Assembly: GCA_049509455.1 (NCBI GenBank)
Contig: JBEKZX010000001.1
Location: forward strand, 47,516 to 111,515
Direction: 5' to 3'
Source: Conexivisphaerales archaeon
GTDB taxonomy: Archaea > Thermoproteota > Nitrososphaeria > Conexivisphaerales > DTJL01
DNA length: 64,000 nt
The notes beneath the pieces were generated by a model. It was not told the DNA's origin, did no database searches, and worked only from the letters and a program-made list of their open reading frames with translations. The translations under genes were made by a program, and so were the position numbers. Positions 26,374-35,868 of this stretch are shown one piece after another; the stretch's first letter is position 1; every line of letters starts with the position of its first letter.

Positions 26374-27102
26374 ATGAACGTGGTCGAGGGGAGGGACCTC
26401 ACGAAGGTGTACGGCTCGATCGTCGCCTTAGATGGAATCACTTTCGAAGTGCGACAGGGGGAGATCTTTGGTCTCATCGGTCCCAATGGGTCCGGGAAGA
26501 CCACCACGCTTCGGATCCTTTCCACCCTCATTAAGCCCACGTCGGGCAGCGCCATCGTCCTCGGCTACGACGTCGTCAAGGACGCGCAGAAGGTCAAGAG
26601 CTTGATTAGCTACCTTCCCGGCGAGGCCGGAGCATACCAGAACCTGTCGGGCAAGGAGTACCTTCACTTCATGGCCAACCTCTATGCTTCGAACCGCGAG
26701 GAGCTGGATCAGATGGTCACCGCCGCCAGCGACATTTCCGGGCTAGGCGACAGGCTGAAGGACAAGGCCAAGACCTACAGCCAGGGGATGGGGAGGAGGC
26801 TCCTCATCGCCCGCTCTCTGATGTTCAAGCCGAAGCTGGCCATCATGGACGAGCCCACGTCGGGGCTGGACGTTGTGCACGCCACCTACGTGCGCCGTAT
26901 GGTCAAGGACTACGTGCGCAACTTCGGCGTGACGGTCCTCCTTTCCAGCCACAACATGCTGGAGGTCGACTATCTCTGCGACAGGATAGCGCTCATAAAC
27001 ACCGGCCGCCTCCTGGCCGTGGGTTCTCCCAGCGAGGTCAAGGCCTCTGCAAGGGCCGAGAACCTCGAGGAGGCATTCATGAAGGTGATCAACAACGGCT
27101 AG
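26374..27102 (+). CDS. ABC transporter ATP-binding protein (ABC-2/NatA-like)
   Basis: Walker A GPNGSGKTT, signature YSQGMGRRL, Walker B LAIMDEPTSGLD and an H-loop SSHNM. The ATG at 26374 is preferred over the ORF opening at 26278. Confidence 0.9.
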   Translation: MNVVEGRDLTKVYGSIVALDGITFEVRQGEIFGLIGPNGSGKTTTLRILSTLIKPTSGSAIVLGYDVVKDAQKVKSLISYLPGEAGAYQNLSGKEYLHFMANLYASNREELDQMVTAASDISGLGDRLKDKAKTYSQGMGRRLLIARSLMFKPKLAIMDEPTSGLDVVHATYVRRMVKDYVRNFGVTVLLSSHNMLEVDYLCDRIALINTGRLLAVGSPSEVKASARAENLEEAFMKVINNG

Positions 27103-27121
27103 CGTCTTCAGGACCCTGGTC

Positions 27122-28390
27122 ATGAAAGAGCTGCGGGACCTCCTCAAGGACCCGAAGCTGCTCTTCGGGATGATAGTCGTGCCGCTCCTGATGTACCCTC
27201 TGATGGGCGTGGCCATCAACGTGTCCACTCAAGCCGTGCAGAATAGCATTGGCACGGGTAACTTCGCCATCATGGACCTCGACGGAGGAAACTACTCCTC
27301 CCTGGCAGTGCAGTACTTCACTTCGCTCCCTAATGTCACCGTCAACGTTATACAGCCTGAACAGATTAGCGCCGCCATAACGGACGCTCAGCACCTGAAC
27401 GCCACTACCCTCGTCGTCATACCGCAAGGCTTCAGCCAGAATGTGACGGACCGCGGCGAGGTCTCCCTCCAAACATATACGCCGCTGAAGACGTTCGCCA
27501 CCACCGAATCGGCAAAGGCGGGAGTGGTCTCCGACATCATCTCCTCCTTCTCCAGCTATCTCTCAGCCTACTACATCCAGACTGCCGACCCCACGCTCAA
27601 CTCATCCGTTGTCATGCAGCCCCTGCAGGTGAACGCCACCAGCATCGTCAACGGCGAGCAGGTGGACATACCTCCCTCCACGCTGGACAGCATCATGCTG
27701 AGCCAGTCCTTCGGGACTCCCATCGCACTGATGGTTGTAATCATCCTGGCCATGCAGATCGCCGCCACCGCCATCGCCGTGGAGAAGGAGCAGAAGACCC
27801 TCGAGACCCTTCTCACCCTTCCGGTGTCCAGGTTCAACATTCTGTCCGCCAAGCTCATAGGTTCCACGGTCATCGCCGGCCTCGGGGCAGTGACCACGGT
27901 CATCGGCTACACCTACTACATAGATTCCTTCTCAAGCTCCTTCACAACCGCCACGTCGGTATCCTTCAATCTGGCGCCCTCTCTCCTCTTCTATGTCATC
28001 CTTGGAGCCCTTCTGTTCCTGACCCTCGCCTTCGCCACGTCGCTGGCCATCGTGATAGGGGTCTTCTGCGAGGACGTGCGCAGCGCTCAGGCCGTCGTCG
28101 GCTACCTCATCATACCCATCATGATTCCGACCTTCATGCTCCTCTTCAGCGACCTGCAGAGCTTCTCCACCGGAATACAGGTAGGCCTCCTTCTCTTCCC
28201 CTTCTCCTACGCGACGATCTTCTCCAAGATGGCCTATACGGGCAATTACACCATCGGTCTCCTGGGGATTGGCTACGTACTCCTCTGGACCGTCATCGTG
28301 CTTTACATCGGCTCCAGGATCTTCAGCTCGGAGAAGGTGCTGACGGCCAAGTTCACTTTTTCGAGGAAGAAGAAGCAGCGTCAGGAATGA
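27122..28390 (+). CDS. ABC-2 type transporter permease (NatB-like, large extracytoplasmic loop)
   Basis: One N-terminal TM helix, a soluble loop of about 170 aa, then about 5 TM helices. It follows the ATPase gene after 19 nt. Confidence 0.75.
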   Translation: MKELRDLLKDPKLLFGMIVVPLLMYPLMGVAINVSTQAVQNSIGTGNFAIMDLDGGNYSSLAVQYFTSLPNVTVNVIQPEQISAAITDAQHLNATTLVVIPQGFSQNVTDRGEVSLQTYTPLKTFATTESAKAGVVSDIISSFSSYLSAYYIQTADPTLNSSVVMQPLQVNATSIVNGEQVDIPPSTLDSIMLSQSFGTPIALMVVIILAMQIAATAIAVEKEQKTLETLLTLPVSRFNILSAKLIGSTVIAGLGAVTTVIGYTYYIDSFSSSFTTATSVSFNLAPSLLFYVILGALLFLTLAFATSLAIVIGVFCEDVRSAQAVVGYLIIPIMIPTFMLLFSDLQSFSTGIQVGLLLFPFSYATIFSKMAYTGNYTIGLLGIGYVLLWTVIVLYIGSRIFSSEKVLTAKFTFSRKKKQRQE

Positions 28391-29148
28391 GCCCTTGCGC
28401 CCACACCCTTTGACAGTGACCTGAAGGCTTCGGCGAGCTCCTTGTTGTTCTTGAGGAGTAGCAGGAGGCCTTCCTCGTTCACCTTCGGCTCCAGCGGTAT
28501 CTCGGCCAGGAGCTTCGCTCCCAGAACCTTCTCCACGGACTTCGGCTCAGCTTTGCCGAGCACGTAAAGCTTCTTCTTGCCCACCACTAGGTAGCTCATG
28601 TTCAGCACGAACCCGACCACCTCGACCTTCTCCTGCTTGGCCAGCTTCGACAGCTTGGCCACGACGGAAAGGGCGCGCTTCGAAGGGGTGGCCACCAGCA
28701 AGAGGCGACAGTTGTCGGCGAAGAGCCTAAAGGCGGCGAGCAGCTCGTCTCCCGTCCCCGGAGGCAGGTCCACCACCATGTAATCCAGCCTCCCCCAGTT
28801 GGTCTGGGCTAGGAGCTGGGTCACCAATGCCTGCTTCTCCCCTCCCTTCAGGGGGGCCGGCCTGTCACCGGTGAAGAACCCAACGGACATGGTCTTCAGC
28901 TTCCCGATGGCCTTGGGCTCCAGCCCCTCCTTAGTGCTCCTAATGGGCGGTCTGGCGTCAAGGTAGCTTGGAAGGCTGGGGCCGTGCACATCGATGTCTA
29001 GGAGCGCCGTCGAAAAGCCCTCCTTGGACAGGGTCACGGCTAGGGCGCTCGCCACGAAACTCTTCCCCACTCCGCCCTTACCGCTGCCGACCAATATTAC
29101 GTGTCTGATCCGCTTCAGCCTTGTGAACGCCTGGTCTTGCTGGAACAT
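28381..29148 (-). CDS. Mrp/MinD-family P-loop ATPase, candidate ATP-type HypB partner of HypA
   Basis: Deviant Walker A GSGKGGVGKS and the VVDLPPGTGDE switch region. It lies directly downstream of hypA in the same orientation, after an 11-nt gap. Confidence 0.8.
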   Translation of the reverse strand: MFQQDQAFTRLKRIRHVILVGSGKGGVGKSFVASALAVTLSKEGFSTALLDIDVHGPSLPSYLDARPPIRSTKEGLEPKAIGKLKTMSVGFFTGDRPAPLKGGEKQALVTQLLAQTNWGRLDYMVVDLPPGTGDELLAAFRLFADNCRLLLVATPSKRALSVVAKLSKLAKQEKVEVVGFVLNMSYLVVGKKKLYVLGKAEPKSVEKVLGAKLLAEIPLEPKVNEEGLLLLLKNNKELAEAFRSLSKGVGARAHS

Positions 29149-29159
29149 CAGAGGCGTTT

Positions 29160-29606
29160 CTATTCACTCTTCTCCAGGACGAGCCTGGTGATCTTGATTA
29201 CGCCGCCGTCGCTGAGGAAGATGTCCGAGCTTCCGCACTTTGGGCAGTGGATGAAAGCCGGGTAGAGTTCCGGAAGGAAGTGGAGCGGGAGCTCCTTGCT
29301 TTCGGGCTCGCTGATCATCAGCTCCGCGGCGACGCCCTTCAGTTGCTTCTTCGCCTCCTCGATGCCCCACTTCGCGGAACACTTCTGGCATGTGAAGGCG
29401 GCCTTGTCGTCGGTGACCTCCAGCTCGGCGCCGCCCAAAACTGGGCCCTCCAGCAGCGACTTGAAGGACTCGACCAAGATGGGCTTGTCCAGCTGCATTA
29501 GCTCCCCTATGGCAAGGTGAATCTTCAGGACCTTCTTCGCTTCATGTTTGTCGGCCTCTGACAGGACGGAGGCGATGACGCTCTGGGCCAAGCTCATTTC
29601 ATGCAA
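29160..29606 (-). CDS. hypA: hydrogenase nickel-insertion protein HypA
   Basis: N-terminal MHE nickel site and Zn-site pairs CQKC...CPKC. The protein is 148 aa. Confidence 0.9.
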   Translation of the reverse strand: MHEMSLAQSVIASVLSEADKHEAKKVLKIHLAIGELMQLDKPILVESFKSLLEGPVLGGAELEVTDDKAAFTCQKCSAKWGIEEAKKQLKGVAAELMISEPESKELPLHFLPELYPAFIHCPKCGSSDIFLSDGGVIKITRLVLEKSE

Positions 29607-29752
29607 GAGTGCTCACTTTCCTTCCTTGTTAGGTGCACCACGTAGACCGTATATGAGGCTTGTTGGTGAATGGGGGGAGTGGCCGTGTCTCATGGTCAAC
29701 GCATAAATCACCCGACCGTCCCCTGGACCCGCATAGCCGAGCCTGATGCAAG

Positions 29753-32041
29753 ATGAAGGAAGCCCTGGAGCTGACCGTGACCGGCGTCGTCCAGGGCGTC
29801 GGCTTCCGGCCTTTCATCTACAGGCTCGCCACCAAGCACGGGCTATGCGGCTACGTCCAGAACGTGGGCGGGAGCGCCGTCACAGCCGTGGTGGAAGGCT
29901 CTCGCTCCTCCATCGAAGCCTTCGGACGCTCCATCGAGCCCGAGAAGCCCGTCGCGGCCTACATCGAGTCCATCGAGATGAGGCCGCTGGAGCCGAAGGG
30001 CTACGGCTCCTTCTCCATCTTGGAGAGCGACGCCAGCGCCAACAGCCCCTCTATGATACCCGCCGACATCGCCGTATGCAACGACTGTCTCGGCGAGGTC
30101 CTGGACCCCCATAGCAGGTTCCACCTCTATCCATTCAACTCGTGCGCCGTCTGCGGCCCCAGGTACTCGGTGATCAAAGCGACGCCGTACGACCGTCCCA
30201 ACACTTCGATGGAGCCCTTCAAGCTCTGCAAGGACTGCCGGCACGAATACGAAGACCCCGGGGACGTCCGGCGCTTCCACGTGCAGGGGATAAGCTGCCC
30301 CGCGTGCGGTCCTAGGGTCTGGCTGGAGGACCGCAGAGGCCGCGGGGTGGACGGCGTCGATCCCATTGAAGAGGTGGGGAGGCTCCTAAGTCAGGGGAAG
30401 ATCGTTGCGATAAAGGGCCTGGGGGGCTTCCACGTTTCGGCTAGCGCCAGCGACGACAGCGTGGTTGAAAGGCTACGCGAAAGGAAGCGCCGGCCCAGCA
30501 AACCCTTCGCCGTGATGGCGCTAGACATGGAGGCCATCCGGATGTTGGGCGCCGCATCTCCTGCCCAGAGGAAGCTCCTGGACTCTCCGGAGAAGCCCAT
30601 CGTCCTGGTGAATGCGCGAAAGGACACCCCGCTGTCCCCTCGAATCGCCCCCGGCCTCCGCCAGGTGGGCCTCTTTCTTCCCTACACTCCGCTCCACCAC
30701 TTGATCCTCCGGCAGTTCAGGGACCATTTCGCCATAATGACCAGCGGTAACCCTCCCGGCGAGCCCATGTGCATCAACGAGCGCGACGCCAAGGAGAAGC
30801 TTTCGCCCTTCGTCGACTTCTTCCTCCTTCACAATCGTCGCATAGTGAACAGGGTCGACGACAGCGTTGTGAGGACGACGGATGGACGCCCGACGCTCCT
30901 TCGCCGGGGCCGGGGCTACGCTCCTAGATGGATAAACCTCCCGGCGAGACTGCTATCCCCCTCCGTCTGCTTCGGCGCCATGCTCCAGAGCGCGGGGGCC
31001 GTCGGCTTCGGCGACAAGGCCGTCCTCACCCAGTACATCGGGGACACCGACGAATACTTCACCTCACTGGAGCTGGAGAGGTACATCCGACTCCTCCTCA
31101 AGAACTATGGGATTCGCCCCCAGGATTCCACCACAGTCTGCGACCTCCACCCAAACTATCCCAGCACGGCCTTGGCCGAGAGATGGAGCGAGAGGTTCCA
31201 CTCCCCTCTGCGTAGGGTCCAGCACCACTGGGCCCACCTTGCGTCCGTGGCCGCAGAGCATCAGATCGAAGGCGAAGTCCTCGGTATCGCCGTCGACGGC
31301 ACGGGGTTCGGCGACGACGGCAACATCTGGGGAGGCGAAGTGATGCGTTTCAGCACGAAGGGTTATAGACGGCTGGGCCACCTCCAGTACCAGTCGCTCC
31401 CCGGCGGGGACCTGGCCTCCACATATCCTGCGAGGATGCTCGCCTCGGTCCTCTCCCGATTCCTAAGTGATTCCGAAATCGCCAAGCTCTTCTCCTCCAG
31501 AGATCTCCTTCGCGGCCTCCCCTATGGTCGCCAGGAGCTCGAAATAGTGCTCCAGCAGGCTCGTGCACCTGGCATAGCCACATCCAGCCTGGGGAGGGTT
31601 CTGGACGCGGCGTCCGCGTTTCTTGGAGTTAGTTTCATGCGCAGCTACGAAGGAGAGCCCGCCATCAGGCTAGAGGCTTCGTCGAGGCGGGGGGACCCAC
31701 CCCTCAGGCCTCGTATACTGAAGGGGGAAATCGACATCCTTGACACGACCTCGCTCTTTGATCAGCTCCTTGAGCTGGGTAGCTCGCACGACGTGGGCCT
31801 CCTGGCCTATGCGGTGCAGCATTCCCTGGGCCTGGGGCTGGCGTCAATGGCCCTCTCTAGGTCCAGAAGGAGCGACGCCATGTTGGCCGTGTCAGGTGGC
31901 GCCGCCGTGAACACATACATTATGGAGGGGATACGGGAAGGGGCCCAGGGCCGGCTGAGGGTGCTGACGAACTCAAAGGCCCCTCCCGGCGACGGCGGCA
32001 TAGCGCTGGGCCAGTGCGCCTTAGCAGATTCTGGGAACTAG
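29753..32041 (+). CDS. hypF: carbamoyltransferase HypF
   Basis: Acylphosphatase-like N-terminus (VTGVVQGVGFRPF), two Zn-finger CxxC pairs, a YrdC-like domain (KGLGGFH) and a Kae1-like C-terminal domain. It is 762 aa. Confidence 0.95.
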   Translation: MKEALELTVTGVVQGVGFRPFIYRLATKHGLCGYVQNVGGSAVTAVVEGSRSSIEAFGRSIEPEKPVAAYIESIEMRPLEPKGYGSFSILESDASANSPSMIPADIAVCNDCLGEVLDPHSRFHLYPFNSCAVCGPRYSVIKATPYDRPNTSMEPFKLCKDCRHEYEDPGDVRRFHVQGISCPACGPRVWLEDRRGRGVDGVDPIEEVGRLLSQGKIVAIKGLGGFHVSASASDDSVVERLRERKRRPSKPFAVMALDMEAIRMLGAASPAQRKLLDSPEKPIVLVNARKDTPLSPRIAPGLRQVGLFLPYTPLHHLILRQFRDHFAIMTSGNPPGEPMCINERDAKEKLSPFVDFFLLHNRRIVNRVDDSVVRTTDGRPTLLRRGRGYAPRWINLPARLLSPSVCFGAMLQSAGAVGFGDKAVLTQYIGDTDEYFTSLELERYIRLLLKNYGIRPQDSTTVCDLHPNYPSTALAERWSERFHSPLRRVQHHWAHLASVAAEHQIEGEVLGIAVDGTGFGDDGNIWGGEVMRFSTKGYRRLGHLQYQSLPGGDLASTYPARMLASVLSRFLSDSEIAKLFSSRDLLRGLPYGRQELEIVLQQARAPGIATSSLGRVLDAASAFLGVSFMRSYEGEPAIRLEASSRRGDPPLRPRILKGEIDILDTTSLFDQLLELGSSHDVGLLAYAVQHSLGLGLASMALSRSRRSDAMLAVSGGAAVNTYIMEGIREGAQGRLRVLTNSKAPPGDGGIALGQCALADSGN

Positions 32042-33070
32042 GTTCCCGGCCGGCGCCTCAAGGATCCTGAAGCCACCGATTCCGCTCTTGAGCAGGACGA
32101 TCCCCCTATGTTCCTTGGGCTTCCTGGCCTCGCCGATTATGGCGGCGTCCTTAGCGCCCGCCTCCTTCAACGTCCTGAGTACAGCGTCGGCGATTCCCGG
32201 CTCGACGCCCAGGACGGCAGCGCCTTCATTGGCGAGGTAGAGCGGGTCGATGCCCAGCATGCCCAGGTATAGGCGAACGCTCTCCTTCACCGGGATGGCC
32301 GCTTCGTCGACGGCCACAACCGTACCGCTGCCTTTGGCCCAGTCGTTCAGCGTCATGGCCAGGCCCCCTCTTGTGGGGTCACGGGCGGCGTGGAGTCCCT
32401 TTCCAAAACGGTCGATCACGGGGAGCATAAAGGAAGTCAGGGGCTTCGCGTCGCTCTCCAGCCCTGACTTCAGGACGTCGACCCCCTGCTGAAGCGCTAG
32501 TATGGTGGCGCCATGGTCTCCCATGGACCCGGTGACTACGATCTTGTCCCCCGGCTTGAGCTCCGCGTCCACAATCGGCCTCCTTGTCAGCCCCAGCCCC
32601 ACCGTCGTGATGATAATTTTGTCCAGCTGGCCCTTGGGCATGGTCTTGAAGTCCCCTCCAATTAGAGGTATGGACTCCCTCCGGAGCGTCGCCATCAAGG
32701 AATCCATGAGCTGGGAGAGCAGGTCTAGGTCGAAGCCCTCCTCGACTACCGTCGCGTCGAGGAGCGCGAGGGGCTTCCCTCCCATCATTAGCACGTCATT
32801 GATGCTGCCTGAGGCTGCGAGGCTCCCTATGTCTCCGCCCGGAAAGATCAGAGGGCTCACGGTATAGGAGTCCACCGTCGCCACCAGGAACTGGTCTCCA
32901 ATGGGCAGGGCCGCCGCGTCGTCGGGGGAGTCGAGGCCCACTCCTCCCTCCACGCTCTTGAGCTTCTTCTCCAGCTTCTGGAAGAGCATCCTGTCCAAAA
33001 GCTCCTGAGTCTCCTTCCCTCCAGCCCCGTGTGCGAGGGTTACGAAGCGCCTACCCAACTGTCCATTCAA
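32021..33070 (-). CDS. hypE: hydrogenase maturation protein HypE
   Basis: AIR-synthase-like fold with the N-terminal LAHGAGGKET and the diagnostic C-terminal PRIC. The TTG start overlaps the hypC stop. Confidence 0.95.
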   Translation of the reverse strand: MNGQLGRRFVTLAHGAGGKETQELLDRMLFQKLEKKLKSVEGGVGLDSPDDAAALPIGDQFLVATVDSYTVSPLIFPGGDIGSLAASGSINDVLMMGGKPLALLDATVVEEGFDLDLLSQLMDSLMATLRRESIPLIGGDFKTMPKGQLDKIIITTVGLGLTRRPIVDAELKPGDKIVVTGSMGDHGATILALQQGVDVLKSGLESDAKPLTSFMLPVIDRFGKGLHAARDPTRGGLAMTLNDWAKGSGTVVAVDEAAIPVKESVRLYLGMLGIDPLYLANEGAAVLGVEPGIADAVLRTLKEAGAKDAAIIGEARKPKEHRGIVLLKSGIGGFRILEAPAGNLVPRIC

Positions 33071-33375
33071 CCCTTGCTCTTCACGCTGAGCAGACCCTTG
33101 AGGGACCTGTCCACGTCTTTTTCGGCCTTCCTCTTGGAGACGCCCGCATCGATTTCCAGCTGGACGGCGATGTCCCTGTAATAGGTGAAACTCTCCAAGA
33201 ACTCCTGCTCGCTCAACCTAGAGATGGCCACCCCCGCGTGCACTAGGACATAGTCCCCGACGGACAGCTCTTCAGGCGTGGCCGCCAGGACCTCCCTGAT
33301 GGTCCCGCCTCCGAAGTCCACCTTCGCTATCATGTCGTTGATCTCCAGGACCCTTGCCGGAACTGCCCAGCACAA
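33067..33375 (-). CDS. hypC: hydrogenase assembly chaperone HypC
   Basis: N-terminal MCWAVPARVLEI with the essential Cys2. At 102 aa it has a longer C-terminal tail than the usual 75-90 aa. Confidence 0.85.
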   Translation of the reverse strand: MCWAVPARVLEINDMIAKVDFGGGTIREVLAATPEELSVGDYVLVHAGVAISRLSEQEFLESFTYYRDIAVQLEIDAGVSKRKAEKDVDRSLKGLLSVKSKG

Positions 33376-34572
33376 CTATCGCCCCACCCCCGTCTCCGCC
33401 GCCACCTTGTCGGCCAGCCCGCCGCCCCCATACTTGGCCCATACGGCGCAGGTCCCCTCCGAAGATACCATGCAGGGGCCGTAGGGCTTCTCAGCCGTGC
33501 AGGCCACCAGGAAGAGCGGGCAGTCGGTGGGCTTAATGAGGCCCAGCGTGACTTCGCCGCAGCGGCACCCTTCCGGGAGGTCCTCCGTCCAAGACTCCTT
33601 CGTAGGGTCCTTGATGTCAAAGCGCGACTTCGCATCGTGCGAAGCGTACTTCTTGCGAGGCTCGAGCCCGCTGGCAGGTATCACGCCTATCCCTCTCCAG
33701 GCGGCATCCGACTCCTCGAAGACCTTGGCCGTCGCGGCGAGCGCCCTCGCGTTACCTTCCCAGCCTACGGCCCTCCGGTATTCTATCTCCACCTTGTGCT
33801 CCCCCCGGCTCATCTGATTGAGGAGCCCCGCCACCGAAATCAGGAGGTCCAAAGGCTCGAAGCCCGAGACGACAGCAGGGGTCTTGAACCTCTCCGCGAT
33901 GGGGGCCCAAGCGGAAGCCCCAGTGATGACCGAGACGTGGCCTGGTGCGATGATGCCGTCCACTCCGCCCACCTTCTCTAGTGCGAAGCAAGCCGCCGGG
34001 GGAGTGAGCCGCAACGCGCTGAGGAAGTAGAGGTTGTCCGGGACCATGTCATGCGCCAGAGGCTCCGAGTAGCTGGGGGTGGTGGTCTCGAAGCCGATGC
34101 CCAGGAAGACGCAATCCTCCCCGTACTCCCTGGCGTCCTTCATGGCGTCGAGGAAGCTATAGACAACCTTCACGTCCCCGCCCAATGCCTTAGCCTCCTC
34201 AAGGCTCCTGGCGTTGGAGACGGCCTTCGTGTTGGGGAGCCTGAAGGCGTCGCCGTATGAATAGACGCGGACGCCCTCCAGTGCCAAGCGAATGCAAGTA
34301 TCCACGTAGTTCGAAGGGGTCACGCAGACTGGGCATCCCGGTCCTGAAATCATCTCCACGTTGCCGGGGAGGAGGCTCCTGATGCCATAGTGGGTCGTCG
34401 TCCACTCATGAGTGCCACAGAAGTTCATTATCCGTATGTGCTCCATCCCCTTCCTGTCCTTGAGCTCCTTGGCGATCTGACCGATGGTCCGAGAAATGCT
34501 CTCGGCGACATCGGCATCCTTCCTGAAATACCTCTCGACATCGACTGAGAGGTCACGTCGAGCCTTCGGCAA
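33376..34572 (-). CDS. hypD: hydrogenase maturation protein HypD
   Basis: Motifs NFCGTHEW, GPGCPVCV, GFETT and PGHVS. The protein is 398 aa and starts with TTG. Confidence 0.95.
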   Translation of the reverse strand: MPKARRDLSVDVERYFRKDADVAESISRTIGQIAKELKDRKGMEHIRIMNFCGTHEWTTTHYGIRSLLPGNVEMISGPGCPVCVTPSNYVDTCIRLALEGVRVYSYGDAFRLPNTKAVSNARSLEEAKALGGDVKVVYSFLDAMKDAREYGEDCVFLGIGFETTTPSYSEPLAHDMVPDNLYFLSALRLTPPAACFALEKVGGVDGIIAPGHVSVITGASAWAPIAERFKTPAVVSGFEPLDLLISVAGLLNQMSRGEHKVEIEYRRAVGWEGNARALAATAKVFEESDAAWRGIGVIPASGLEPRKKYASHDAKSRFDIKDPTKESWTEDLPEGCRCGEVTLGLIKPTDCPLFLVACTAEKPYGPCMVSSEGTCAVWAKYGGGGLADKVAAETGVGR

Positions 34573-34748
34573 CCGTGGTCAGAGCCTTCTTGGTAGAGAT
34601 AAGCCTTTTCCTTCATGCCGCGCAACTGATCAATCCGCATGGGCGCGAACTCCGTTACAGAGGTAACCTCTCCCGACACTCTTGCAAGGAGGAACATTCC
34701 ACGAATTGCCTTCCGGGCAAACCAATAATAGCATCTGAGGTCAGGTGA

Positions 34749-35816
34749 ATGAGGAGTCATCCTTTGACGCTCGCTCTTGTGGGCCTCGGCACGCAGGGGA
34801 CCGAAAGCATCCCCATCGGGGCAATTGAATTCGCCCGTCGTTGCGACCATTTGTACGCCGACGTGTACACCAGCCCCTGGCCTGAGGGGCTCCTCGCTCA
34901 GGTGGCGAAGCTCATCGGCAGGGAGCCCGCCCCGGCTTCGCGCACTCTGCTTGAGGATGGCAGGAAGATACTCGAGGAGAGCTCTAAGGCTGACACGGCC
35001 GTAATGTGCATTGGCGATCCTCTGGTCGCAACCACTCACATGACCCTTCGGCTGCGGGCCCTAGAGCTAGGCCTGCCGGTCAAGGTCTTCTACGCTGCCG
35101 GGATCCTGACCGCGGTCTTCGGCGAGACAGGACTCCATCCCTACAAGCTGGGCAGGGTCATCACGCTGGTGAGGTCCACTCCATCCGCTCTCGGTTCCGT
35201 CTACGCCGCCGTGAAGGAGACCCTCTCCTTGGGGCTCCATGTGCTCCTCCTCATGGAGTACAGCCACGACGAGGGCTTCAGCCTGCGACCCAACGACGGC
35301 CTGAAGATGCTCAGCGAGGTGGAGGCTTCATACAGACTGGGGGTCTTCTCCGATGACCGCCTCCTCGTCGTAGTATCGCGCCTGGGCCGGCCGGACCAGT
35401 CGGTCATCGCGGGCCGCCTCTCCGATCTGGCCTCGATGGACTTCGGCTCCCCTCCCCACAGCATACTCGTCCCGGGAAGCCTTCACTACACGGAATCGGA
35501 CGCCTTGCGGGCCCTGGCAAAGGCCGACCCCGCCGTCCTTTCTTCATCGAGGACTTCGCTGGTCCTTCCCAGCAAGACCATCGTTGAAAGGACCGTCGCC
35601 AAGACCAAGGCGGCCCTCAAGACGGCCAGGGAGCTGGCGGCCGGGCCTTCGATGCCCGACCTGGGAAGCGTCTTCGAAAACGTGGAAGCTTACCTGTCCG
35701 ACGCCGATCGTTTCCTCCTCGAAGGGAAGCCAGAGCTGGCGCTGGTGGAGGCCGGCTACGCCGAGGGCCTCTTGGACTCGCTCAGGCTCCAGGGGATCCT
35801 GAAGATGACTTGGTGA
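34749..35816 (+). CDS. dphB: diphthine synthase with a ~95-aa C-terminal helical extension
   Basis: The tetrapyrrole-methylase-fold diphthine synthase region ends near PHSILVPGSLHYTESDAL. An extra domain follows, containing EAYLSDADRFLLEGKPELALVEAGYAEGLLDSL. Confidence 0.85.
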   Translation: MRSHPLTLALVGLGTQGTESIPIGAIEFARRCDHLYADVYTSPWPEGLLAQVAKLIGREPAPASRTLLEDGRKILEESSKADTAVMCIGDPLVATTHMTLRLRALELGLPVKVFYAAGILTAVFGETGLHPYKLGRVITLVRSTPSALGSVYAAVKETLSLGLHVLLLMEYSHDEGFSLRPNDGLKMLSEVEASYRLGVFSDDRLLVVVSRLGRPDQSVIAGRLSDLASMDFGSPPHSILVPGSLHYTESDALRALAKADPAVLSSSRTSLVLPSKTIVERTVAKTKAALKTARELAAGPSMPDLGSVFENVEAYLSDADRFLLEGKPELALVEAGYAEGLLDSLRLQGILKMTW

Positions 35817-35868
35817 AAGAAGGTCTAAATACTCACAGGATGTTGTAGTCATCTCTCGGACGAAAGAC

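Noticed and set aside
34428-35039. A 203-aa minus-strand ORF spanning the hypD start and the diphthine synthase 5' region.
   Set aside because: It overlaps two confidently identified genes and the divergent promoter region between them, and it has no domain.
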